DNA of 64,000 nucleotides from Candidatus Woesebacteria bacterium GW2011_GWB1_39_10. Its GTDB lineage: Bacteria; Patescibacteriota; Microgenomatia; UBA8517. A program made the translations under genes and the position numbers. Positions 46,656 through 55,042 of the stretch are shown here, one piece after another. Below the pieces are notes generated by a model. The model searched no databases, had not been told where the DNA came from, and saw nothing but the letters and a program-made list of their open reading frames with translations. How positions within the stretch are numbered: position 1 is the first letter of the stretch; each line of letters begins with the position of its first letter. The DNA is taken from contig LBVU01000004.1 in assembly GCA_000993205.1 (NCBI GenBank), positions 208,030 to 272,029 on the forward strand. The letters run 5' to 3'.

Positions 46656-47732
46656 TTAGCTCTTCGTTAATTTTAATTCTGCGTCTATAAATTCATCTAT
46701 CTCCCCGTCAAGAACCGCATCCGTGTTCCCCGTTTCCTCTTGAGTGCGAAGATCTTTTACCATTTTATAGGGATGTAATACGTACGAGCGTATTTGGGTT
46801 CCCCAGGAGGCGGGCCGGTAGTCCCCTTTAATTTCCTTTTTAACTCCCTTTTCAATCTCCTGCTGTCTAATCCATAGTTTTCCACGAAGAAGATCCAGGG
46901 CGATTTTTCTATTTTGCTCCTGAAAACGTTCGGTTGAAGCCGTAATCACAATTCCGGTCGGAATGTGGGTAAGCCGTACCGCTGTAGCCACTTTGTTAAC
47001 ATTTTGACCTCCATGCCCGCCGGCATGAATAAACTGCCAATCGAGATCGTTATCTTTAATTTCCATATCATGAAGGTCGGTATCGGTTAGTTCAGGCATG
47101 ACTTCGACAAGCGCAAACGAGGTTTGTCTGAGCTTGTCCGCATTAAAAGGAGATTGGCGCACCAACCTGTGAGTTCCCGCCTCTCTTTTTAAGTAGCCGT
47201 AGGCATAATGCCCTGTAACTTTGAAAGTAACGCTCTTAATTCCGGCTTCTTCTCCCGAAGTATAATCAAGGTTCTCGGTTGGCCACCCACGGCGTTCACA
47301 AAAACGCAGGTACATGCGATATAGCATATTGCTCCAATCCATGGCTTCTGTGCCTCCTTGGCCGGCATGGATTGAAACTAGGGCATTCTTAGCGTCATAT
47401 TCTCCGGAAAGATAGGACATGAGCTCGAGCCTGGCAAGAGTTTTTTCCGCCTTTATTACTTCAGATTCATCCTGAACCAGTCCATCATCCTGAACTAGTT
47501 TCAGGATCTCCAAAGTTTCTGCGAGACTTTCAATTTCCTCAACTTCTTTTTTAATGTCCGAAAGCTCCTGGGTAACCGCCCTGGCTTGGTTTGGATCATC
47601 CCAAAGTGTAGGCTCGGACGCCTTGGCCTCAAGTTCAACTATTTTTTGCTTTTTTTCCGGAAGACCAACAACCTCGATAAGCTTTTCCAGACGTACTATT
47701 AGCTCATCAATTTTTTGTTTAAATTCCTGCAT
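46656..47732 (-). CDS. prfB: peptide chain release factor 2 (no programmed frameshift)
   Basis: SPF tripeptide (RF2-specific) and GGQ motif GGHGGQNVNK. The frame is uninterrupted from ATG. Confidence 0.85.
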   Translation of the reverse strand: MQEFKQKIDELIVRLEKLIEVVGLPEKKQKIVELEAKASEPTLWDDPNQARAVTQELSDIKKEVEEIESLAETLEILKLVQDDGLVQDESEVIKAEKTLARLELMSYLSGEYDAKNALVSIHAGQGGTEAMDWSNMLYRMYLRFCERRGWPTENLDYTSGEEAGIKSVTFKVTGHYAYGYLKREAGTHRLVRQSPFNADKLRQTSFALVEVMPELTDTDLHDMEIKDNDLDWQFIHAGGHGGQNVNKVATAVRLTHIPTGIVITASTERFQEQNRKIALDLLRGKLWIRQQEIEKGVKKEIKGDYRPASWGTQIRSYVLHPYKMVKDLRTQEETGNTDAVLDGEIDEFIDAELKLTKS

Positions 47733-47750
47733 GAAGTAAATTTTACCACA

Positions 47751-47773
47751 GTTCCGTTCCGGGATCGGAATAG
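47751..47773. repeat. REP-like palindrome family 2, inverted copy (GTTCCGTTCCGGGATCGGAATAG)
   Basis: Its reverse complement ATTCCGATCCCGGAACGGAA matches TTCCGATCCCGGATCGGAA at 48477-48495 and 61000-61018. Confidence 0.6.
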
Positions 47774-47791
47774 CTAGGCGAAACGGGTATT

Positions 47792-48433
47792 TTAGTCCAA
47801 AATCAACTGTTTGATTCGTGACAGGTCTCGTTGATATCCAACTCTATCGAGAACAAATTTTTGATAACTTTGTTTACCTAAAATATCTAATATAAGTGTT
47901 GGGTCAATTAAATTCGATTTTTCTTTGTGTAAATATTGAATGTATGATGAATATTTGTAATCTTCGGGTTTGTTGACAATATAATCAGTGACTGGATTCA
48001 AATGAATATACCTTGAAAGATGTAACAATTGCCTTTCATCAGAAATCCTAACAGCTTTAAAGTTACCAGAAAATAAGGCACCATTGACGTCGTACTTTTT
48101 ATTAAAATAGTGGGCATAGCTTCCACACAATCTCTGAATAAAATTTTTAATTCCATCCTCTGCTTCTTGTCTCAAGGTAAAATGATAGTGATTAGGCATC
48201 AAACAATAATTAAGCATTGAGACCAATTTATCATCTAACTGAAAAACATGTTTGTCTTTTTGTCTTCGATAAAAGGAAAACTTCACTTTGGGGAATTGTT
48301 GAAGATAATAGAGTGAAGCCTCCGTGAAAATTTGAAAGTCTTTATCGGATTTGAAAATTTGAATTTTGTGGGTTGATCTATTAAAAACATGGTAAATCTC
48401 ACCGGTTGCCAAAATAGTTTTTCTACGACTCAT
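47792..48433 (-). CDS. IS200-like / REP-associated tyrosine transposase (Y1 HUH, RayT-like), second family
   Basis: YHVFNRS, HUH motif LMPNHYHFTL and Tyr region SRYIHLNPV. It is flanked by inverted REP-like palindromes. Confidence 0.7.
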   Translation of the reverse strand: MSRRKTILATGEIYHVFNRSTHKIQIFKSDKDFQIFTEASLYYLQQFPKVKFSFYRRQKDKHVFQLDDKLVSMLNYCLMPNHYHFTLRQEAEDGIKNFIQRLCGSYAHYFNKKYDVNGALFSGNFKAVRISDERQLLHLSRYIHLNPVTDYIVNKPEDYKYSSYIQYLHKEKSNLIDPTLILDILGKQSYQKFVLDRVGYQRDLSRIKQLILD

Positions 48434-48460
48434 TGTATGTTAATAATATCACTGTTTAGA

Positions 48461-48500
48461 ACTAATAATACTGGTTCGTGGACACGTTCCGATCCCGGAT
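48461..48500. repeat. REP-like palindrome family 2 copy (CTGGTTCGTGGACACGTTCCGATCCCGGATCGGAATTTTG)
   Basis: Imperfect palindrome TTCCGATCC-C-GGATCGGAA. It matches the copy at 60985-61019 over 35 bp with 6 mismatches. Confidence 0.7.
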
Positions 48501-48690
48501 CGGAATTTTGCCAAAAAAAGCCCCGGTCAGGTTATTGAAACCCGATCAGGGCGAAGTGGGACCGGTACTATACCATAGAATCAATTAAGCTTAATAGTAC
48601 AACTACTATAAGATTGTGAAAACAATTTATGTATGGTAAAATCCCTTTCGATAGTTGGCACATTTTTCAAATCAAAAAAAGGAGTTCGTT

Positions 48691-49044
48691 ATGACTAAAG
48701 ATGTTTCTTTCTATGATCGTTTGAAGCACTATCCCTGGAAACTTTTTGGACAGTTAAACCCTCTGTTCAAAGTGATTGTCATTGTATTGGCACTCGGAGC
48801 CTGGGTTCCTGACCCCTTGGACATTGTTGGTATTTCGTTCTGGGGTATTCTGGCCGGTATATTGTTTCAGAAGATGGTTGCAACCTGGATCGTAGTGATC
48901 CTGAGCGTCCTTTTCTGGATCATAACCCAGATGATCGAATCGCTCTTGGTGATTTTAGTCACCGTCTATCTGATCCCTGCAGGTGTAGGCTTGATCTGTA
49001 TGTTCTTTGAAAAGGACCCAAACCCGATCATATTTAACAGTTAA
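48691..49044 (+). CDS. small 3-4 TM membrane protein (ORF track starts at 48655; ATG at 48691 has an AAGGAG SD)
   Basis: SD aaaaaggagttcgttATG. GC content is about 45%, intermediate between background and the downstream GC-rich cassette. Confidence 0.4.
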   Translation: MTKDVSFYDRLKHYPWKLFGQLNPLFKVIVIVLALGAWVPDPLDIVGISFWGILAGILFQKMVATWIVVILSVLFWIITQMIESLLVILVTVYLIPAGVGLICMFFEKDPNPIIFNS

Positions 49045-49058
49045 AAAAACAACATAGC

Positions 49059-49118
49059 AATCCCCGTGAGTCGGAACAACGCCATTTTGGCACCGAAACT
49101 TGCGGGGATTTTTTTTGG
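49059..49118 (+). terminator. putative rho-independent terminator (stem AATCCCCG..CGGGGATT followed by T8)
   Basis: Read directly downstream of gene 48691..49044. Confidence 0.4.
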
Positions 49119-49262
49119 AAAAAATAGTCAATCGAAATGAGGATAATTGAGGAAATTTGAATGAAGGTATTGCAGGGGCCGGAAGTCAAAGTGAGAGGTT
49201 ATCTCAATTTGATCTTCCGACCCCAATTTTAGAACTAAACTTCAAGAATATTAGGCCAGAGC

Positions 49263-49964
49263 CTAGAAAAACAGGCGAGCGCCAACGAGCAAAAGCACTG
49301 CAATCAGCACGTATACAGGCATCTTTGCCTTGTTCAAAGCGCCGAGAGCGTCCTTCTGATCAACCGCAGTCAGCAGTCCCAATGTAAAGAGCAGGCCACC
49401 GAGGCTGGCTGTAGCGATAATCAAAGCCGAATTAACGGTAAAGGGCGAAGGACTCGCAGCCGCCAAGCCTAAGACGATGAAAAGCCAACCGCCATTTTGC
49501 TGATCAAGGCGATCCTTGAAATCAGCCGACGCAAAAGTGAGAGCCGAAAAGGTCGCCAACATGGTGGCCATGGCAACAGGTACAACAAGGGTAACAAGCG
49601 CGTGAGTGTTGTAAACCTGAGTGCCCAAGGAACCCGCGCGGTAGGCGAGGAACGCCAAAACGGAATACACAACACCGAAAACTGGTTGGAATAACCGATC
49701 GGTGTAATAGTCGTCAACCAAAATGACGGTTCCGAAGGCGACAAAGGTAAAACCAATACCCACGAGCATACGTGCCGCAGTGTAGTCCAGGAACGAGACA
49801 AGCACGCCCAAGAGCACAAGCCCGAAGCCGATGACTAAAGGATCGCGTCCGTCACGATTGGATGACAGAAGGGCATTTTTGTTGTTCTTGCCCAGGAACG
49901 AAAACGCCGCGGCCAGGCCGAACAGAATAACCAAAGCAGGGTAGAAAACGAAATTTAAAATGTT
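49263..49964 (-). CDS. integral membrane protein (6-7 TM), unknown function; foreign cassette
   Basis: Start MNILNFVFYPALVILFGL is preceded by GGAGAGACGAG. The longer ORF-track start overlaps the upstream gene. Confidence 0.4.
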   Translation of the reverse strand, partial: NILNFVFYPALVILFGLAAAFSFLGKNNKNALLSSNRDGRDPLVIGFGLVLLGVLVSFLDYTAARMLVGIGFTFVAFGTVILVDDYYTDRLFQPVFGVVYSVLAFLAYRAGSLGTQVYNTHALVTLVVPVAMATMLATFSALTFASADFKDRLDQQNGGWLFIVLGLAAASPSPFTVNSALIIATASLGGLLFTLGLLTAVDQKDALGALNKAKMPVYVLIAVLLLVGARLFF

Positions 49965-49980
49965 CATCTCGTCTCTCCAA

Positions 49981-50901
49981 TTAAGGTGCCGCTGTCGGGG
50001 TGGCCGGGAAGAGTTCCTGGTCCTGACCAGATTCGATGATCTGCTGAGTATCAGCGCCAACAATACTGCGGGTCATGTACTCAAGGGCCGCATAGCGGGT
50101 CATACGACATTCGCCGTTGCCGCCGTTGGCCGCAGGATTCCAGGTGCTCTCGTAAAGACGGGCAAGGGCTGATTCATGGCCAGTGAACTTCAGTTTGGAC
50201 GAGTAAGAGATGTTCTGCATAAACTCGCCACTGATGTAATATTGACACAGGTTCTTATCACCATGGCTTACCCACAGGTTCGCTGTCGGGAGCCAGCTCC
50301 AATCGGAAACACCGACGCCATTGTCTGCCAATTTCTGGTAGACCAGCGTGGTATCGCCGTAGGTCTGCATGAGGTCGTTCATAAAATCGACCTCGGGGAA
50401 GGAACTAGTGTAGTTCATGTAGTCCGTAGCGGCCTCAAACGCCATGAGATTGGCATTCTGTACAGCGGCGCGGTTAGCGACGATGTAATCGGCAAGCTGG
50501 CGGAAAATCTGTGTGCATTCGGTCGTGGCTTGTTCGCCGGAGACGCTGTTTGTGACAAGCGCTGAGAAGATGGCATCGCCATCCATATTACCGGTAACTG
50601 CATTGCCGATCGTTGACTCAGTCGAAGCGACGCTTGCAGAGCATGCATTGGCCGCACCGAACAAATCCTTACCGCCGAGACGGAAGGTGTTCAACGAAAG
50701 TTCATATTTCCGCCACAGAACAGTAATGCTGGTCTCACGATCAACTCCGCCCTTGTAGTACGTCCGCGCCTGAGCCAAAATCGCAACAGGATCGAGTTTT
50801 GGCAAAGCCGGAACCGTGTCCTGAGGAGCCTTAGTCCCGCACGCAGACAAAACGAACATTGCCAGCAAAAACAGGGAAACGATTCTTTTAGTGACGTTCA
50901 T
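49981..50901 (-). CDS. predicted lipoprotein, unknown function; foreign cassette
   Basis: Signal peptide with lipobox LSAC-G, and SD AAAGGAGAAAAACCAATG. Confidence 0.45.
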   Translation of the reverse strand: MNVTKRIVSLFLLAMFVLSACGTKAPQDTVPALPKLDPVAILAQARTYYKGGVDRETSITVLWRKYELSLNTFRLGGKDLFGAANACSASVASTESTIGNAVTGNMDGDAIFSALVTNSVSGEQATTECTQIFRQLADYIVANRAAVQNANLMAFEAATDYMNYTSSFPEVDFMNDLMQTYGDTTLVYQKLADNGVGVSDWSWLPTANLWVSHGDKNLCQYYISGEFMQNISYSSKLKFTGHESALARLYESTWNPAANGGNGECRMTRYAALEYMTRSIVGADTQQIIESGQDQELFPATPTAAP

Positions 50902-50928
50902 TGGTTTTTCTCCTTTGTTGAAATGTAT

Positions 50929-52896
50929 CTACATCTGACTCCGCGCCGAACCGGCGAGGAACAGACAGATTATGGCTAAGACGAGGACAACCCACGCACC
51001 CCAAACGGGTGTAGAAGCAATTGCCCCGGCCGTAACCGTGTTCATGATCAGGAACCGACCGTCCTCGTTGACCTCGATGGTCGTCTTGAGGTAATCGGTG
51101 TTGCAAGTCGAGTACCGTACAAAGCCAACATGCTCAGCCTTGGCTTGATTACAAGCAGGGTCCGATGGGTCTGGAGGGGTGTAGTTGGGATCTGTCTCGT
51201 AGAGAAGCCCCACAACACTGTCGGCCTGAGTCAGGTCAGAAAACTGGTATTGGAATTTGTCCGCCTGCGAAGCGACATAACTTGCCGAGAATGAACCAAA
51301 GAGGTTTTCCTTGGTCAAGGACAAATTATCGCCCGCACGAACACTTGCCGTTACGTGACTGATGAGTACATCATTGCCGGTAGGCATGCCTGTTTCGAGA
51401 CCGCGGCCGGTAATCCGTGTTCCGTCATCGCTGATGGAGGTCACAGAAATCACGAGGTTTTTGGGCATTGAAAACAAGCTCCACACGCCCGAGTCACGGA
51501 GGTACGCCTTTACTGCAGAAACCGTGTAGGGCATTCCGCCGAGACGCTGAACGATACTATCACAAACAAGGAACCAGCGGAGTGAACCCTGTTTTGTAGG
51601 ACCGAAGTCCCCTTGGACCACCATGGCATATTCTGCATAACCCTGAAGTTGTTCCGGGCTTAAACAGCTGCCAATGACAAAGATCGGATTGAAACCGATT
51701 GCAAGGTCACCGTCCGTGGCCACCAGTTGAGTGGGCAAAGTTGCAGGCTTGCCGTATGCATCATTGATTGTAAAGTCAACGCCATTGGGGCCGGGTAAGT
51801 TCACGATGCCTCTGAGGTTGTTGTAGTCACCGTCATAAACATCGTAAAGTGGGCTGTCAGCCGCAAAACCCCAGTTGAAATAGGGTCCCACGAACGTTGC
51901 ATCCACAACCAAGCCGCCATTTTCTTTGGCAAGCTTCACCACCATATACGCATCGGGGATATGCTCATTGTATGAGCCGCGAGGTTCCTCGCAGGTCGTC
52001 CCGAAAAAGCCTGTTTCACAATAGAGATGATTCGGAGCATCTTGTGGGGCGCGCCAATCTGTATTTGCATACACAACAGGCTTACGCTTATCATTGATAC
52101 TCCCGTATTCATCCTTCGAACAAGGTTCAAACGCGCCATTATCTGCCAAACAGCTCTGATGATAGATCTGCTCGGATAAATATTTGGCACGAGTGTCCGG
52201 AATGATGTAATACCGCACAACGTTAGTAAACCAGGGGGTATACTCGTCATCGTGCTCCTCATGACAACTTTCAGTTGTATTACCATCTGAGTCTGTCGAA
52301 GTCGTACACACTTGATGTGAGTTGATCTCGCGATGGGTATAGTAGTTCGTGTTGCTTGAACAGAAGTCATGGTGATTCACGGTCCGTTCACAGGGTTGCG
52401 ATTCCATTCCGATCTGTGAAACAACTGCGTGGATGTATTGATAGTTGGTGGCTTGAGCACGCTGTGCCAAGTCAACTCCTTGAGTGACCGCTTTATCCGC
52501 CAGATCATGACCAACTTGGTCAACTTTTTCGGAGATTTGGAAATTGTTTATTGCGGCACCAAATGAGCCAAGCAGGATTGCCACCACAACGGCGACAGAC
52601 CACCATCCACATCCCTCGACTCCCAAAAAAATACCCGCACTGATCACGAACAAAACGAGGGCAAAGAACCAAAGCCAGGCACGCGTGTGCATACGACTCG
52701 TAACGTTGGTGTCAGCAATTTGCTGAGCCTCGTTATAGAGCTCTTGCACAGTGTAGTGCACCTGACCACCAGTGTTAGTGCCTGCAACCGGGGATGCCGT
52801 TGGTGAAGGTGTGGTTGAGCCGCAGGCCAGAACAACAAGCGCTAAAACACCGATTGCCAGCAAAACCACAACCAAATTCTTCTTTCGATTCTTCAT
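50929..52896 (-). CDS. 655-aa cysteine-rich predicted lipoprotein/membrane protein with two TM helices near the N-terminus and one at the C-terminus, unknown function; foreign cassette
   Basis: Lipobox VVLAC-G and SD GAAAGGAGATTTTGATATG. Many paired Cys residues lie in the predicted extracytoplasmic region. Confidence 0.45.
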   Translation of the reverse strand: MKNRKKNLVVVLLAIGVLALVVLACGSTTPSPTASPVAGTNTGGQVHYTVQELYNEAQQIADTNVTSRMHTRAWLWFFALVLFVISAGIFLGVEGCGWWSVAVVVAILLGSFGAAINNFQISEKVDQVGHDLADKAVTQGVDLAQRAQATNYQYIHAVVSQIGMESQPCERTVNHHDFCSSNTNYYTHREINSHQVCTTSTDSDGNTTESCHEEHDDEYTPWFTNVVRYYIIPDTRAKYLSEQIYHQSCLADNGAFEPCSKDEYGSINDKRKPVVYANTDWRAPQDAPNHLYCETGFFGTTCEEPRGSYNEHIPDAYMVVKLAKENGGLVVDATFVGPYFNWGFAADSPLYDVYDGDYNNLRGIVNLPGPNGVDFTINDAYGKPATLPTQLVATDGDLAIGFNPIFVIGSCLSPEQLQGYAEYAMVVQGDFGPTKQGSLRWFLVCDSIVQRLGGMPYTVSAVKAYLRDSGVWSLFSMPKNLVISVTSISDDGTRITGRGLETGMPTGNDVLISHVTASVRAGDNLSLTKENLFGSFSASYVASQADKFQYQFSDLTQADSVVGLLYETDPNYTPPDPSDPACNQAKAEHVGFVRYSTCNTDYLKTTIEVNEDGRFLIMNTVTAGAIASTPVWGAWVVLVLAIICLFLAGSARSQM

Positions 52897-53223
52897 ATCA
52901 AAATCTCCTTTCAGACTGAATGGTTGATGCCGATTAAAAGAGGTCGTCTCTATGTTTAGATTTAGAGATGACGTCTTGCATCGGCACCAATTTTAAAGAG
53001 AAAAAAGTTTTACTTTTTTAATATTCTTGAAGATGTTAATGTCCACTTTTTACACTGAAATTCCAGTCGCAAAAAAAATGACTGGCTCCCAGTCAAAAGA
53101 CGAAAGGCAAGTGTACCAGAAAAATAGAAAAAGTCAAGAGCTATGGGATGAAACTTTAATTTAAAATTAATAATTTAGAATTAAGAATTACGGAGAGTAA
53201 AACGAGGCTAAAAATCAGAATTT

Positions 53224-53472
53224 TCAACTGTAGTGGTTATTGATATCAACAATTTCTATAAAGTCTGGGGTAAGAAACACGAAAACAGCCCTATATTTCT
53301 TGTCTACTCGAAATGAATAAATTCTAAGGTTTTTAGGCTCCAGAACTTCGGTATTCAGTGAAGGATGTCTCGGATTTGCAACAAAAACCTGACTTTGACG
53401 AGCGAATTTCCTAGTTAAGTTTCTTTTTTTCAAAAATGAAGTCAAATCTTGCCTTAATGGTTTAATCCGCAT
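53224..53472 (-). CDS. type II toxin, RelE/ParE superfamily (mRNA interferase-like)
   Basis: 82 aa. It overlaps the upstream small RHH gene by 11 nt. The C-terminal YRAVFVFLTPDFIEIVDINNH is a RelE-like beta-sheet region. Confidence 0.5.
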   Translation of the reverse strand: MRIKPLRQDLTSFLKKRNLTRKFARQSQVFVANPRHPSLNTEVLEPKNLRIYSFRVDKKYRAVFVFLTPDFIEIVDINNHYS

Positions 53473-53725
53473 ACAAAGAAGACTTGGAAAGTCCTTTTGT
53501 TACACTTTCGATAAATTCCTGAGTATATTTGCCACTTTGGGCCAATTGAAGCTTAACCTCTGCAAGTGGAGTTTTATCAAAAACCTCAAATTTAGCTTCA
53601 TCTGACATATATTTTCTTAACACGTCACGCACAAACTCAGATCTGGTGGCAAACCCGAGTTTCTTGGTTTCGCGGTCTACAACCTGTGCAACTTGATCTG
53701 GTAACGAAATCGTAAATGTTGTCAT
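53462..53725 (-). CDS. ribbon-helix-helix (CopG/ParD-like) antitoxin; alternative longer start at 53746
   Basis: N-terminal beta-strand MTTFTISLPDQVAQVVD, then helices TRSEFVRDVLRKY. Confidence 0.5.
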   Translation of the reverse strand: MTTFTISLPDQVAQVVDRETKKLGFATRSEFVRDVLRKYMSDEAKFEVFDKTPLAEVKLQLAQSGKYTQEFIESVTKGLSKSSLYAD

Positions 53726-53727
53726 AT

Positions 53728-53755
53728 TGTTAATATTTAACAACATTTGTTAATT
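53728..53755. promoter_or_regulatory. TA operator candidate: near-palindrome TTGTTAATATTTAACAA plus repeated TTGTTAAT
   Basis: Located immediately upstream of, and overlapping, the antitoxin start. Confidence 0.4.
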
Positions 53756-53769
53756 TTTGTCAATACTTC

Positions 53770-54240
53770 TTATGGTTGGCAGATGAGGCTTTTGACCTTT
53801 TTAAGGTCTGCGGGGCTTAGAGTCTGAATATTTTCCAAGGCACCCTGAAAAGTGGAGCTGTCTTTAGCCAAAGAAGAAGGAATGGAACTTTTAACCCCCA
53901 AAACCTGAATAAGCTGGGTCCTCCCCGCATCCAAGGCTATCTGCAGGGGTTTTGGGGCGTTTTTCCAGCCTAAAAACTCGGTTAGGGCGGTTTTTCCCCC
54001 GACAATCAAAAATCCTTCTAAAAGTAATGCCAGAAGGAAGCCAAAAAATATTCCAAAGAGAGCACCTTTAAGACCCCAATCTACATAATGACGCCTGAAC
54101 TGAGCCATGCTCAAAATCAAAAGGAAAATGAGAAAAACTATAGCTGCCACTTCCCAGTAGGCCAAAGGGATCGAGAATTTTCCAAGGTTTAAATCAAAAC
54201 CGCGGCTTAAAAATTTAGAGGTTTGGGCAAACTGGTTCAT
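53770..54240 (-). CDS. membrane protein (3 TM), unknown
   Basis: 156 aa open frame with predicted TM helices. Confidence 0.35.
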   Translation of the reverse strand: MNQFAQTSKFLSRGFDLNLGKFSIPLAYWEVAAIVFLIFLLILSMAQFRRHYVDWGLKGALFGIFFGFLLALLLEGFLIVGGKTALTEFLGWKNAPKPLQIALDAGRTQLIQVLGVKSSIPSSLAKDSSTFQGALENIQTLSPADLKKVKSLICQP

Positions 54241-54327
54241 GGCAAAATAATATTAGCATAAAAGAAAAAACGGGAGCAACATTTTTTTCACACGGCTTTT
54301 CACAAGCCATGAGTTTGCGTGAAAATA

Positions 54328-54999
54328 TTAGATGGAGGTTGAGGTAGGAGAGGTGCTGGGGCTGGCACTTGGGGATACGCTTGGTTTGGGAGTGGGAGTG
54401 GCGGATGGCTTTGCTGTTGCCCCTTTCCTTAGACCTGTAACAATCACTGCGTCAAATGTCGGAGAGGTTGCGGTTTTAACAGTAACATTCTGATAAATAG
54501 AATTAAGTTTTAGAGTTAATTCGCTGACAACCGCTGAATCAAGTGAGCTTCCGAAAGTAACTACCGTTGCCGAAGCCGTTTGGTCTGGGGCATTCCCGAC
54601 TTTAATGTCTGTATATCCCAAATCCTTGAGCGCTGTTTGTAGGTAAGCTGCTTCTCCTGTTATACCTGTGCCATTTTGGATCTGAATAGAAACCTGAGTT
54701 TTGTCAATAGGCTTGGCAGTAGCTGTTGGAGAGGGTGTAGTCACATTTACATTCTCTTCTCCCAAGATTTGATTTTCGATCGGAGTTGGTTCGACTAAGG
54801 CCTCACCTTTGCTGGTCGCGCTTTTGTAAATGACAAAGCCCAGTATAGCTACAAGCACTAAGATGCCGATAACCAAAAGGGTTTTAGCCCCGCTACTTTT
54901 TTGAGGTTGACCAACAGTTGGAAAAGAAATGTTCGGTGAAGAATTCTCCTGGGGTGAAGCTTGAACTCCGCTATTTTCTGTATTTTGATTCCCTTCCAT
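54328..54999 (-). CDS. membrane-anchored LytR_C-domain protein (ORF track extends to 55293 in a frame overlapping tgt; real start is MEGNQ at 54999)
   Basis: Pro/Gln-rich N-terminus, a TM helix, then VSIQIQNGTGITGEAAYLQTALKDLGYTDIKVGNAPDQTASATVV, which matches the LytR/CpsA/Psr C-terminal domain pattern. Confidence 0.5.
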   Translation of the reverse strand: MEGNQNTENSGVQASPQENSSPNISFPTVGQPQKSSGAKTLLVIGILVLVAILGFVIYKSATSKGEALVEPTPIENQILGEENVNVTTPSPTATAKPIDKTQVSIQIQNGTGITGEAAYLQTALKDLGYTDIKVGNAPDQTASATVVTFGSSLDSAVVSELTLKLNSIYQNVTVKTATSPTFDAVIVTGLRKGATAKPSATPTPKPSVSPSASPSTSPTSTSI

Positions 55000-55042
55000 A
55001 GTTTTTGCGACTTCTGTCGTAAGTGCGCAAGTATAAACGCAT

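Larger units (their letters stand above)
49250..52995. other. compositionally foreign cassette (about 55-58% GC against a 35% background) carrying three minus-strand genes with strong SD motifs
   Basis: A 100-nt sample at 49981-50080 counted 57% GC, and the transitions at both edges are sharp. All three genes have AAGGAG-type SDs, unlike the native genes. Confidence 0.7.

Noticed and set aside
46656-47732. Programmed +1 frameshift in prfB
   Set aside because: The RF2 frame (SPF and GGQ motifs) is continuous from the ATG, with no CUU-UGA-C site. Loss of the frameshift is known in a minority of bacteria, so I did not treat it as a finding.
49469-52838. Additional long ORFs in the ORF track within the GC-rich cassette (49469..49819, 50176..50565, 50415..50657, 50888..51106, 51936..52370, 52644..52838)
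   Set aside because: These are alternate-frame or antisense ORFs of the kind expected in high-GC DNA. They overlap the three coherent genes, which have signal peptides and SDs.
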